Part shown: positions 24,775-37,459 of the stretch, one piece after another
How positions within the stretch are numbered: the first letter of the stretch is position 1
Layout of the letters: each line of letters opens with the position of its first letter
DNA from: Macrostomum lignano
Taxonomy: Eukaryota
Assembly: GCA_002269645.1 (NCBI GenBank)
Contig: NIVC01001451.1
Span: 190,994 to 254,993 of the forward strand
Direction: 5' to 3'
DNA: 64,000 bases
Position numbers and translations under genes: made by a program
Notes under the pieces: model-generated
Database searches by the model: none
What the model was told of the DNA's origin: nothing
What the model saw: only the letters and a program-made list of their open reading frames with translations

Positions 24775-27700
24775 AGGGAGAGCGGCTCTCAGTGCTGAAG
24801 GTTAAGGGAGAGCGGCTCTCAGTGCTGAAGGTTAAGGGAGAGCGGCTCTCAGTGCTGAAGGTTAAGGGAGAGCGGCTCTCAGTGCTGAAGGTTAAGGGAG
24901 AGCGGCTCTCAGTGCTGAAGGTTAAGGGAGAGCGGCTCTCAGTGCTGAAGGTTAAGGGAGAGCGACTCTCAGTGCTGAAGGTTAAGGGAGAGCGGCTCTC
25001 AGTGCTGAAGGTTAAGGGAGAGCGGCTCTCAGTGCTGAAGGTTAAGGGAGAGCGACTCTCAGTGCTGAAGGTTAAGGGAGAGCGACTCTCAGTGCTGAGG
25101 GTTAAGGGAGAGCGACTCTCAGTGCTGAAGGTTAAGGGAGAGCGACTCTCAGTGCTGAAGGTTAAGGGAGAGCGACTCTCAGTGCTGAAGGTTAAGGGAG
25201 AGCGGCTCTCAGTGCTGAAGGTTAAGGGAGAGCGGCTCTCAGTGCTGAAGGTTAAGGGAGAGCGACTCTCAGTGCTGAAGGTTAAGGGAGAGCGGCTCTC
25301 AGTGCTGAAGGTTAAGGGAGAGCGGCTCTCAGTGCTGAAGGTTAAGGGAGAGCGCTCTCAGTGCTGAAGGTTAAGGGAGAGCGGCTCTCAGTGCTGAAGG
25401 TTAAGGGAGAGCGGCTCTCAGTGCTGAAGGTTAAGGGAGAGCGGCTCTCAGTGCTGAAGGTTAAGGGAGAGCGGCTCTCAGTGCTGAAGGTTAAGGGAGA
25501 GCGACTCTCAGTGCTGAAGGTTAAGGGAGAGCGACTCTCAGTGCTGAAGGTTAAGGGAGAGCGGCTCTCAGTGCTGAAGGTTAAGGGAGAGCGGCTCTCA
25601 GTGCTGAAGGTTAAGGGAGAGCGGCTCTCAGTGCTGAGGTTAAGGGAGAGCGGCTCTCAGTGCTGAAGGTTAAGGGAGAGCGGCTCTCAGTGCTGAGGTT
25701 AAGGGAGAGCGGCTCTCAGTGCTGAAGGTTAAGGGAGAGCGGCTCTCAGTGCTGAAGGTTAAGGGAGAGCGGCTCTCAGTGCTGAGGTTAAGGGAGAGCG
25801 GCTCTCAGTGCTGAGGGTTAAGGGAGAGCGGCTCTCAGTGCTGAAGGTTAAGGGAGAGCGGCTCTCAGTGCTGAAGGTTAAGGGAGAGCGGCTCTCAGTG
25901 CTGAAGGTTAAGGGAGAGCGGCTCTCAGTGCTGAGGGTTAAGGGAGAGCGGCTCTCAGTGCTGAAGGTTAAGGGAGAGCGGCTCTCAGTGCTGAAGGTTA
26001 AGGGAGAGCGGCTCTCAGTGCTGAAGGTTAAGGGAGAGCGGCTCTCAGTGCTGAAGGTTAAGGGAGAGCGGCTCTCAGTGCTGAAGGTTAAGGGAGAGCG
26101 GCTCTCAGTGCTGAAGGTTAAGGGAGAGCGGCTCTCAGTGCTGAAGGTTAAGGGAGAGCGGCTCTCAGTGCTGAAGGTTAAGGGAGAGCGGCTCTCAGTG
26201 CTGAAGGTTAAGGGAGAGCGGCTCTCAGTGCTGAAGGTTAAGGGAGAGCGGCTCTCAGTGCTGAAGGTTAAGGGAGAGCGGCTCTCAGTGCTGAGGTTAA
26301 GGGAGAGCGGCTCTCAGTGCTGAGGTTAAGGGAGAGCGGCTCTCAGTGCTGAAGGTTAAGGGAGAGCGGCTCTCAGTGCTGAAGGTTAAGGGAGAGCGGC
26401 TCTCAGTGCTGAAGGTTAAGGGAGAGCGGCTCTCAGTGCTGAAGGTTAAGGGAGAGCGGCTCTCAGTGCTGAAGGTTAAGGGAGAGCGGCTCTCAGTGCT
26501 GAGGTTAAGGGAGAGCGGCTCTCAGTGCTGAAGGTTAAGGGAGAGCGCTCTCAGTGCTGAGGGTTAAGGGAGAGCGGCTCTCAGTGCTGAAGGTTAAGGG
26601 AGAGCGGCTCTCAGTGCTGAAGGTTAAGGGAGAGCGGCTCTCAGTGCTGAAGGTTAAGGGAGAGCGGCTCTCAGTGCTGAAGGTTAAGGGAGAGCGGCTC
26701 TCAGTGCTGAAGGTTAAGGGAGAGCGGCTCTCAGTGCTGAAGGTTAAGGGAGAGCGGCTCTCAGTGCTGAAGGTTAAGGGAGAGCGGCTCTCAGTGCTGA
26801 AGGTTAAGGGAGAGCGGCTCTCAGTGCTGAAGGTTAAGGGAGAGCGACTCTCAGTGCTGAAGGTTAAGGGAGAGCCGCTCTCAGTGCTGAGGGTTAAGGG
26901 AGAGCGGCTCTCAGTGCTGAAGGTTAAGGGAGAGCGGCTCTCAGTGCTGAAGGTTAAGGGAGAGCGGCTCTCAGTGCTGAAGGTTAAGGGAGAGCGGCTC
27001 TCAGTGCTGAAGGTTAAGGGAGAGCGGCTCTCAGTGCTGAAGGTTAAGGGAGAGCGGCTCTCAGTGCTGAAGGTTAAGGGAGAGCGGCTCTCAGTGCTGA
27101 AGGTTAAGGGAGAGCGGCTCTCAGTGCTGAAGGTTAAGGGAGAGCGGCTCTCAGTGCTGAAGGTTAAGGGAGAGCGACTCTCAGTGCTGAAGGTTAAGGG
27201 AGAGCGGCTCTCAGTGCTGAAGGTTAAGGGAGAGCGGCTCTCAGTGCTGAAGGTTAAGGGAGAGCGGCTCTCAGTGCTGAAGGTTAAGGGAGAGCGGCTC
27301 TCAGTGCTGAGGTTAAGGGAGAGCGGCTCTCAGTGCTGAAGGTTAAGGGAGAGCGGCTCTCAGTGCTGAAGGTTAAGGGAGAGCGGCTCTCAGTGCTGAA
27401 GGTTAAGGGAGAGCGGCTCTCAGTGCTGAAGGTTAAGGGAGAGCGGCTCTCAGTGCTGAGGGTTAAGGGAGAGCGGCTCTCAGTGCTGAAGGTTAAGGGA
27501 GAGCGGCTCTCAGTGCTGAAGGTTAAGGGAGAGCGGCTCTCAGTGCTGAAGGTTAAGGGAGAGCGGCTCTCAGTGCTGAAGGTTAAGGGAGAGCGGCTCT
27601 CAGTGCTGAAGGTTAAGGGAGAGCGGCTCTCAGTGCTGAAGGTTAAGGGAGAGCGGCTCTCAGTGCTGAAGGTTAAGGGAGAGCGGCTCTCAGTGCTGAA

Positions 27701-28630
27701 GGTTAAGGGAGAGCGGCTCTCAGTGCTGAAGGTTAAGGGAGAGCGGCTCTCAGTGCTGAAGGTTAAGGGAGAGCGACTCTCAGTGCTGAAGGTTAAGGGA
27801 GAGCGGCTCTCAGTGCTGAAGGTTAAGGGAGAGCGGCTCTCAGTGCTGAAGGTTAAGGGAGAGCGGCTCTCAGTGCTGAAGGTTAAGGGAGAGCGGCTCT
27901 CAGTGCTGAAGGTTAAGGGAGAGCGGCTCTCAGTGCTGAGGGTTAAGGGAGAGCGGCTCTCAGTGCTGAAGGTTAAGGGAGAGCGGCTCTCAGTGCTGAA
28001 GGTTAAGGGAGAGCGGCTCTCAGTGCTGAAGGTTAAGGGAGAGCGACTCTCAGTGCTGAAGGTTAAGGGAGAGCGACTCTCAGTGCTGAAGGTTAAGGGA
28101 GAGCGGCTCTCAGTGCTGAAGGTTAAGGGAGAGCGGCTCTCAGTGCTGAAGGTTAAGGGAGAGCGGCTCTCAGTGCTGAAGGTTAAGGGAGAGCGGCTCT
28201 CAGTGCTGAGGTTAAGGGAGAGCGGCTCTCAGTGCTGAAGGTTAAGGGAGAGCGGCTCTCAGTGCTGAAGGTTAAGGGAGAGCCGCTCTCAGTGCTGAAG
28301 GTTAAGGGAGAGCGGCTCTCAGTGCTGAGGGTTAAGGGAGAGCGGCTCTCAGTGCTGAAGGTTAAGGGAGAGCGGCTCTCAGTGCTGAAGGTTAAGGGAG
28401 AGCGGCTCTCAGTGCTGAAGGTTAAGGGAGAGCGGCTCTCAGTGCTGAAGGTTAAGGGAGAGCGGCTCTCAGTGCTGAAGGTTAAGGGAGAGCCGCTCTC
28501 AGTGCTGAAGGTTAAGGGAGAGCGGCTCTCAGTGCTGAGGGTTAAGGGAGAGCGGCTCTCAGTGCTGAAGGTTAAGGGAGAGCCGCTCTCAGTGCTGAGG
28601 GTTAAGGGAGAACGGCTCTCAGTGCTGAAG
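24775..28630. repeat. 30-bp satellite, ~3.85 kb, highly homogeneous
   Basis: Unit gggagagcggctctcagtgctgaaggttaa. Confidence 0.98.
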
Positions 28631-29264
28631 ATTTTGAAGCGTCCTCTTAACGTTATTTATTGGTCAGTTTTGCTCATATTTCCAGTCGTAGTTTGTTATA
28701 CTGACTCTCTCCTTGGCCTGGAGTGGAATGGTTCTCACAATAAACCTTCCGTACCTTCCGGTTTCTCCACAATGTTTTTATTAGTTGGTTGCCACTGCAT
28801 TATTATCTGTGTTAGAAATCTAAAATGAGAATATGTAATCTTGGGAATACGGAACAAGCCGAGTTCACATGTGCGCCCACTTATTTAGCTATATAATGCT
28901 AGTTTAATGCTATGAGACAGCCAGCCATTTGGGGGATTCATACAGTTAATGCAGTTCGAAATATGTTATATATATGTGCTTACCATTGACATCCTTGCGT
29001 ATTATGCTTTTATATCTATGGATCTCGGAACTGGTTCAAGTTTTGAAAATATTCTTTAAAAATTGTATATAAGGAGGATCTGGGATGTCCCTCGAGCGAG
29101 CGGGGGCACGGGAAGCGGCACTCATATTTTCTTAACAATAATGTTTCGATCGAATATTGTGTTAGGAAAGGTTGGCTGCTTCAAATGACACTGAGTTTCT
29201 TGTAAAGCTGTGGGGAAACTGACAATGAAGAGTTTTCTGGATTTTTTTCTCCAACTTTTCCACT

Positions 29265-30200
29265 CTCATAGACGATTCTCATAAACAATTCTCATAGACA
29301 ATTCTCATAGACAATTCTCATAGACAATTCTCATAGACAATTCTGATAGACAATTCTCATAGACAATTCTCATAGACAATTCTCATAGACGATTCTCATA
29401 GACAATTCTCATAGACAATTCTCATAGACAATTCTCATAGACAATTCTCATAGACAATTCTCATAGACAATTCTCATAGACAATTCTCATAGACAATTCT
29501 CATAGACAATTCTCATAGACAATTCTCATTGACTATTCTCATAGACAATTCTCATAGACAATTCTCATAGACAATTCTCATAGACAATTCTCATAGACAA
29601 TTCTGATAGACAATTCTCATCGACAATTCTGATAGACAATTCTCATAGACAATTCTGATAGACAATTCTCATAGACAATTCTCATAGACAATTCTCATAG
29701 ACGATTCTCATAGACAATTCTCATAGACAATTCTCATAGACAATTCTCATAGACGATTCTCATAGACAATTCTCATAGACAATTCTCATAGACAATTCTC
29801 ATAGACGATTCTCATAGACAATTCTCATACACAATTCTCATAGACAATTCTCATAGACGATTCTCATAGACAATTCTCATAGACAATTCTCATAGACAAT
29901 TCTCATAGACAATTCTCATAGACAATTCTCATAGACAATTCTCATAGACAATTCTCATAGACAATTCTCATTGACTATTCTCATAGACAATTCTCATAGA
30001 CAATTCTCATAGACAATTCTCATAGACAATTCTCATAGACAATTCTCATAGACAATTCTCATTGACTATTCTCATAGACAATTCTCATAGACAATTCTCA
30101 TAGACAATTCTGATAGACAATTCTCATAGACAATTCTTATACACAATTCTCATAGACAATTCTCATAGACAATTCTCATAGACAATTCTCATAGACAATT
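29265..30200. repeat. 13-bp minisatellite
   Basis: Unit ttctcatagacaa, ~70 copies. Confidence 0.97.
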
Positions 30201-30729
30201 CGCTCATAGCTGCGGCCAGATGAGAGAGAAAAGGAGAGGGAATAGAGAAGCGGAAATAGAAGATGAGAGAAGAGATGATTCAGAAGTTAGATTGGATTGC
30301 TATAGTAAATTAGAGAGGCCTCTTGCGGAGCCGCATGTGTTTTAAGCCATGAGGCATAGGGGATGGGTAGGGTGAGGCGGGGGCTGCTCTTGCAGGTTAA
30401 TCGGGTGTGCAGACACCCAGTTGAGGTCGCGTGTTGGCCAAACCTCTCCGGAGTCTTTCAAGTGGAAAAGAATTCTTCCCGCTAAACAGACACCAAGCAA
30501 TCCGGCGCATTGCAACCGCTTATTCATTGAGAAAGTTTTATATAAAGCTAGAGGATCAGTTGAAATTTTCCCATTTTCACACTGCTTGTCACCTGTCCAC
30601 CCCTTAGTCGCTGCATGGCGTCGGGGCTTTCTCTCTGATTGAATAGACTGAACTATACTCTTTCTGTGTGAAACATCCAGCTGAGAGCTGGTGGCCAGTG
30701 CTGTCTGGAAACCATGTTTTTCGCAGTCT

Positions 30730-32040
30730 TTTTAAGAGAGAGAGGAGAGAGGGGAGAGAGAAGGCAGAAGAGAGGTGGATATGGGTGAAAGGGGCACAGG
30801 GGCGAATAGATCAGGGAGGTGGGGAGAGTAGAGGAGGGGAGAGTAGAGAGAGGAGGGAAGAGAAGAGAGAGTAGGGGAGAGAAGAGAGAGGAGGGGAGAG
30901 AAGAGAGAGAATGGGAGAGAAGAGAGAGAATGGGAGAGAAGAGAGAGAATGGGAGAGAAGAGGAGGGGAGAGAAAAAGAGGAGAGAAGAGAGAGGAGAGG
31001 AGAAGGGAGAGGTGAGAGGGAAGAGGAGAGGAGAGAGCGGAGATGAGAGAGGGAGAGGAGAGGAGAGAGTGGAGAGGAGAGAGGAGAGAGTGGAGAGGAG
31101 AGAGGAGAGAGGAGAGGAGAGGAGAGAGCGGAGATGAGAGAGGGAGAGGAGAGGAGAGAGTGGAGAGGAGAGAGGAGAGAGGAGAGGAGAGGAGAGAGGG
31201 GAGATGAGAGAGGGGAGAGGAGAGGAGAGAGCGGAGATGAGAGAAGGAGAGGAGAGGAGAGCGGAGATGAGAGAGAGAGAGGAGAGGAGAGAGCGGAGAT
31301 GAGAGAGGGGAGAGGAGAGGAGAGAGCGGAGATGAGAGAGAGGAGAGGAGAGGAGAGAGCGGAGATGAGAGAGGGGAGAGGAGAGGAGAGAGCGGAGATG
31401 AGAGAGAGAGAGGAGAGGAGAGAGCGGAGATGAGAGAGAGGAGAGGAGAGGAGAGAGCGGAGATGAGAGAGGGGAGAGGAGAGGAGAGAGCGGAGATGAG
31501 AGAGGGGAGAGGAGAGGAGAGAGCGGAGATGAGAGAGAGGAGAGGAGAGGAGAGAGCGGAGATGAGAGAGGTGAGAGGAGAGGAGAGAGCGGAGATGAGA
31601 GAGGGGAGAGGAGAGGAGAGAGCGGAGATGAGAAAGGGGAGAGGAGAGGAGAGAGGGGAGAGGAGAGGAGAGAGCGGAGATGAGAGAGGGGAGAGGAGAG
31701 GAGAGAGCGGAGATGAGAGAGGGGAGAGGAGAGGAGAGAGCGGAGATGAGAGGGGAGAGGAGAGGAGAGAGCGGAGATGAGAGAGGAGAGGAGAGGAGAG
31801 AGCGGAGATGAGAGAGGGGAGAGGAGAGGAGAGAGCGGAGATGAGAGAGGGGAGAGGAGAGGAGAGAGCGGAGATGAGAGAGGGGAGAGGAGAGGAGAGA
31901 GCGGAGATGAGAGAGGGGAGAGGAGAGGAGAGAGCGGAGATGAGAGAGGGGAGAGTAGAGAGGGGAGGGGAGAGGAGAGGAGAGAGCGGAGATGAGAAAG
32001 GGGAGAGGAGAGGAGAGAGCGGAGATGAGAGAGGAGATAA
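30730..32040. repeat. Polypurine GA-rich array
   Basis: gagaggagag with recurring gagcggagatgaga. Confidence 0.95.
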
Positions 32041-32804
32041 AGACAGTGCAGGAAGACAAAGGTGACGAATGCAGGTTGAAATGATCCGAAGCAGTTTTCA
32101 AGTTATGAAGCAAAATCGTCTTGCCTACTAAAATTACTGAAAAGTTTGGCAACCATTGAGTAGACAATAAATAATTTTTTCCTTTCCTTCAATGGGTGTC
32201 TCTGACTGAGATCTTAACTATATCGCTCCATAACTCCATGGCATGTTTGACCAGTTGTCTATTCATTCCCAGGCAGTAATTTATATCAGGCATTGAGATT
32301 GAGAACCTTATACTCGTATATCAAATATCCCTTTTAACCTGAGCACTGCTGCAGGTGTTCAAGCAGGCGGTCTCGCACACAGCAGCCACTTGAGTTTGGT
32401 CCCTGCAGCAGGTCCTGACTCCTGAATATTTATATAACATTTCAGAATGGAATTGTCTCGATACAGAGCAGCCCTGCCAGCCTTTGGGTATTATAATGGT
32501 TGAAAAATTGGAGAATCCAGTTGCAACAAAAAAGCAGAGGGAGGGGGTTTTGCTTATTGGGTATTGGGGGCTTCGGCTGTGTTTGTTCACCTTGTAGGCT
32601 GTGTTGGATCTGCAGTCCTGTTTTATACTGCATTTGGAGTGGCAATTGATATTCCCAATAATACAGCGATCCCACCGCTCTCTGCATACACAGTTTGTTA
32701 GATTCATTATTTATGCTGAATCTGCATTTAAAGTATAATAAAAATAGCAAATTTCATTTTCGCGCACAAGCCTCAAATAAATGACTAAAGACAACAATTT
32801 GATC

Positions 32805-32982
32805 CAGTAGCGGATCCAGAAAATGTTGAACGGGGGGGGCGCAGACTACTAAGGTACATATATATTCATATCATGTACAAGTATATGTACATGATAATGT
32901 GTATTTACCATATAAAAAATAAAGAAAATCAAACTCAACGGGGGGCGCGCGCCCTGTGCGCCCCCCTTTAAATCCGCTACCG
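32805..32982. mobile_element. 178-bp hAT-type MITE upstream of Gsx
   Basis: TIRs cagtagcggat and atccgctaccg. Perfect 8-bp TSD atttgatc at 32797-32804 and 32983-32990. Confidence 0.9.
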
Positions 32983-33289
32983 ATTTGATCGAGTTAGAAA
33001 GAAGTTGAGTCTGTAGCTTCTTTCATGTTTGCTCCGATCGTCATTAAAAAAATGTCAGCCACTAAGAGTAAGAGCCAAGCAGCTCTCTCATTGGCTGGGC
33101 ACACGAGGCCACCCCCTGGCCTTGCGATAACGGGAGCCAATACCGAGAGGGAAGCGGCTGAGGAGTTAGTTGGCTGGCGGAGCAGCGAGATATTATAGCC
33201 AAGAATTTTAAATGCCTGCTCAATAAAGCCAGCCAGAATTGCCTTCAGTTCAATTCTTATTTCCTAAACTAGACAAGCGGCCAGAAAAA

Positions 33290-36200
33290 ATGTCTTCTTC
33301 AAAGTCATTCCTAGTAGACAGTCTCGTATCGACAAGCAGCAGCGGCAGCGGCAGCAGCAAGGCCAGCCACTCCAGTTTCAATAAGAGACTGCAGCAGCAG
33401 CAGCCTCCACCGCTCCTTCCGCCGAGCACTCAAGCTGCAGCGGCCGCGGCGGCGGCGGCGGCGGCAGCTGCAGCGGGTTTTCCCCTGGACTGCCAGTCCG
33501 CTGTCCTGTTCAACCACCTGCAACTGCAGCAGCACGCCTTCAAGGCCGATCCGGCTCTTCATCACCATCAGCAGCAGCACCAGCGGATGCTGCAGCCTGC
33601 AGGATCGCCGATGAACTTTGAGCAGCAGCGGCAGAGCGGCGGGCTTCCACATCAGCAGATGCCGCCCTGCTGCCTTCTTGGCTCGCAGCTGCCTATCCCT
33701 ACCTGCCCTTTGTTACCTTGCCGCCTCCGCTGCCGCCTCATCATCATCATCAGCAGCAGCAGCAGATGATTCAACAACACGAAGACGTTTCGCTGTCGCC
33801 GCCTTCGCCGACTCAGCAGCAGCAGGTGGTTCAGCAGCAGCAGCAGCGGCAGCGCCAGATGGAGCTGAGTGAGCCGCCGCCAAGTCTGCTGAGAGTTCGG
33901 GACACTTTGAAGCGGCCGTTGCCGACACAGCAACAGCAGGAACAGCGGCAGTTGGACAGCTCTGCAGTTGAAGATGGTGAGCCGATTAATATTAATGATG
34001 GTTTGTGTTTGACAGGATGGGAGGGGTTTAGCGACTGGGCTATCTGACAGGATGGGAGGGGTTTAGCGACAAGCTATTTGACAGGATGGGAGGGGTTTAG
34101 CGACTGGGCTATCTGACAGGATGGGAGGGGTTTAGCGACAAGCTATCTGACAGGATGGGAGGGGTTTAGCGACAAGCTATCTGACAGGATGGGAGGGGTT
34201 TAGCGACAAGCTATTTGACAGGATGGGAGGGGTTCGGCGACAGGCTATCTGACAGGATGGGAGGGGTTTAGCGACAGGCTATCTGACAGGATGGGAGGGG
34301 TTTAGCGACAGGCTATCTGACAGGATGGGAGGGGTTTAGCGACAGGCTATCTGACAGGATGGAAGGGGTTTGGCAACAAGCTATCTGACAGGATAGGAGG
34401 GGTTTAGCGACAGGCTATCTGACAGGATGGAAGGGGTTTGGCGACAAGCTATCTGACAGGATGGGAGGGGTTTAGCGACAGGCTATCTGACTGGATGGGA
34501 GGGGTTTAGCGACAAGCTATCTGACAGGATGGGAGGGGTTTAGCGACAAGCTATCTGACAGGATGGGAGGGGTTTAGCGACAGGCTATCTGACAGGATAG
34601 GAGGGGTTTAGCGACAGGCTATCTAACAGGTTTGGAGGGGTTTGGCGACAGGCTATCTGACAGGATGGGAGGGGCTTAGCGATAGGCTATCTGACAGGAT
34701 GGGAGGGGCTTAGCGACAGGCTATCTAACAGGTTTGGAGGGGTTTGGCGACAGGCTATCTGACAGGATGGGAGGGGTTTAGCGACAGGCTATCTGACAGG
34801 ATGGGAGGGGTTTAGCGACAGGCTATCTGACAGGATGGGAGGGGTTTAGCGACAGGCTATCTGACAGGATGGGAGGGGTTTAGCGACAGGCTATCTGACA
34901 GGATGGGAGGGTTTAGCGACAGGCTATCTGACAGGATGGGAGGGGTTTAGCGACAGGCTATCTGACAGGATGGGAGGGGTTTAGCGACAGGCTATCTGAC
35001 AGGATGGGAGGGGTTTAGCGACAGGCTATCTGACAGGATGGGAGGGGTTTAGCGACAGGCTATCTGACAGGATGGGAGGGGTTTAGCGACAGGCTATCTG
35101 ACAGGATGGGAGGGGTTTAGCGACAGGCTATCTGACAGGATGGGAGGGGTTTAGCGACAGGCTATCTGACAGGATGGGAGGGGTTTAGCGACAGGCTATC
35201 TGACAGGATGGGAGGGGTTTAGCGACAGGCTATCTGACAGGATGGGAGGGGTTTAGCGACAGGCTATCTGACAGGATGGGAGGGGTTTAGCGACAGGCTA
35301 TCTGACAGGATGGGAGGGGTTTAGCGACAAACTAAGCCCTATACCAAAGGCACTCAGTGAAGTGATCTGACAAAGCACAGCGAGTCACATTGGTCAGACA
35401 TCTCCACCACCATGAAGTGGGTTCCGCGGGCGTCTGGTTAGCGGTGAAATATTGCAACAGCGTAAGCTTAGCCTAGCAGTGGGGTAATTGGGTCACGTGA
35501 CTCTGTCTGCCTTATTGTTGAAACTAAACTTGCATTTTTCAGCAGTTTGCTAACTAATAAAGCTCCCTTATCATCACTGCAGTGTCGGGGTCTCGTATCA
35601 CCCGCGCCTACAAGTCGCAAGCGAGATACACTTGACTTGAAGCCCCATTCCAAATTTCCCAAACCAATTTTCGGGAGAAAGTCTTAGAAGTGTTTTTAGA
35701 ATTGTTGTTACCACAGGAAATTTCAAGCAATTGACACTTGAGGCTGAAAAAATCCTTAACGTATTCATGTTGGGGGGGGGGTCGCAACACCAGTTTAGCG
35801 CACGCGGCGTCAAAAACCGTCTGGCACAATATCCCACAGCCACTTTTAAAGACATATTCAACAGCAGGCAATATAAGCATTGATGGTGGCACAAGACATG
35901 GAGCTCAAGGAATGAGGCAGGCAGGGGCAATTCATTGTTGCCTTGTATCGCAGAATCAATTAAACAAGCCAGTATATATTCTGCAAGCTATAGTTGAACA
36001 CTTCAAGGTCGTTGAGTGCCTTCACTCAACAAGCGAGGTCACGCCTTTAATGCCTCACTTAGCGGAGCTTCTGAGCATAGCAACTACTCAACCGTTCCCT
36101 CAGAGCCTCCCACTCCAGCACTCTACTCTGTTATGAGTTCTGTTATGAGAAGTAAATTACAAAGAATTCAATTAGAAAAGCATGAATACAATTATTGTTG

Positions 36201-37054
36201 ATTAGTTTGCCGGAGTTATTAGCTGACTAAAAGTATGCAGCCATGTAATGATTCAGTCACTGTAGTTCTAGACTGACATGGTTCTGTTTAAAACATTGAT
36301 GGGGAAAATGCCACTTTTCCCAATAAATCAAAAAAGGCACTTTCCCCAACAAATCGAAAATGGCACTTTTCTTAATAAATCAAAGATGGCACTTTTCCCA
36401 ATGAATCGAATATGGCACTTTTCCCAATAAACCAAAAATGGCACTTTTCCCAATAAATCAAAAATGGCACTTTTCCCAAAAAATCAAAACATAACACCTT
36501 TAACAACAAACCAAAAATGGCACTTTTCCCAACAAATCGAATATGGCACTTTTGCAATGCTGAAATCTCTGCAAAATCGAACTTTCATTTCCAAGACTCA
36601 AATTCTAACAAAGAACCTGTGGCCACCCCCCCCCACTTCATCAGCAGCAACATCGGCGGCCGACACCGACCAGCCAGAGGACCGGAACTCCAAGCGGATG
36701 CGCACAGCCTTCACCAGCGAGCAGCTGCTGGCCCTGGAGCGCGAGTTCGCGGCCAACATGTACCTGTCCCGGCTGCGCCGTATCGAGATCGCTCGCTACC
36801 TGCGCCTGTCCGAGAAGCAGGTGAAAATCTGGTTTCAAAACCGCCGAGTTCGCTATAAGAAAGAGACGGCAGCCTCGGCTGGCTGCGGCGCCGGAGGGAC
36901 CGCCTCATCGGCAGGATTCGAACCCGAGACCTCCTGTCGGTGCTGTTTGAAGGCTTCGACCACCACTACGACAGCAACAGCAGCAGCCTCGGAAACTGTT
37001 GAGCTGGACGTGACAAAAGTTGAGATGGACGAAAATTTCGAGGACAATGTCTAG
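33290..37054 (+). CDS. Gsx: Gsx/ind ParaHox homeobox transcription factor, 2 exons; exon 1 carries a frameshift in this sequence
   Basis: N-terminal [13 protein letters not shown] (the Gsx SFxVDSL motif). Homeodomain [58 protein letters not shown]. Phase-1 intron 33977-36644 (G|gtgagc...ctaac...catcag). Exons 33290-33976 and 36645-37054. Confidence 0.93.
34010..35330. repeat. 34-bp minisatellite in the Gsx intron
   Basis: Unit gacaggatgggaggggtttagcgacaggctatct. Variant-rich at the 5' end, nearly invariant at the 3' end. Confidence 0.97.
36300..36560. repeat. Degenerate ~28-bp repeat near the Gsx 3' splice site
   Basis: aaatggcacttttccca recurs about 8 times. Confidence 0.85.
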
Positions 37055-37459
37055 CCAACTAAAATTAACAACCTTCGTCTAATGTTATATTTTATATTAT
37101 AAAATATGAAATCAAATAATTAGTTGCTTCTTCATGTGTGCAGCTGGCTAAACAAAATATCAATTTGTTTTTTTAAACATCTGTCCTCTCCTGTATCTTA
37201 TTGTTATATATCTGTGTATTGTTTACTTAAATGTCTGTGTAAACTTTAGTGCTATTAATCTTTTCTGATGACTCTGCGGTACACCAATGTTGTCTCTTTT
37301 GCGGACTGGCTGCTTATTCATAAACCTGTGCCGACTTCTGTAATAAAAAATAAGAAAAAGTTCAAAATCAAAATTTAGTGCAACTTTGTGTTTAAATCGT
37401 TTTTAATTAATCGTTTTTTCTAAAAAGGGCACAAGGTTCTAGGAATTCTGATATAGGTT

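Noticed and set aside
19951-28828. Many 60-300-aa ORFs (MAPPRSSEW..., LKVKGERLSV...)
   Set aside because: Stop-free frames of satellites that switch frame at every indel.
19912-30200. Regular short repeats as a CRISPR array
   Set aside because: Head-to-tail monomers with no unique spacers, no cas genes, and a eukaryotic context.
30653-32167. 504-aa Ser/Leu/Pro ORF, and the similar 40078-41133 and 42826-43254 ORFs
   Set aside because: Readings of GA/CT simple repeats.
33311-33933. Antisense and overlapping ORFs over Gsx, VASt, sHSP and KCNH exons
   Set aside because: Expected shadows of GC-rich coding sequence, with no independent motifs.
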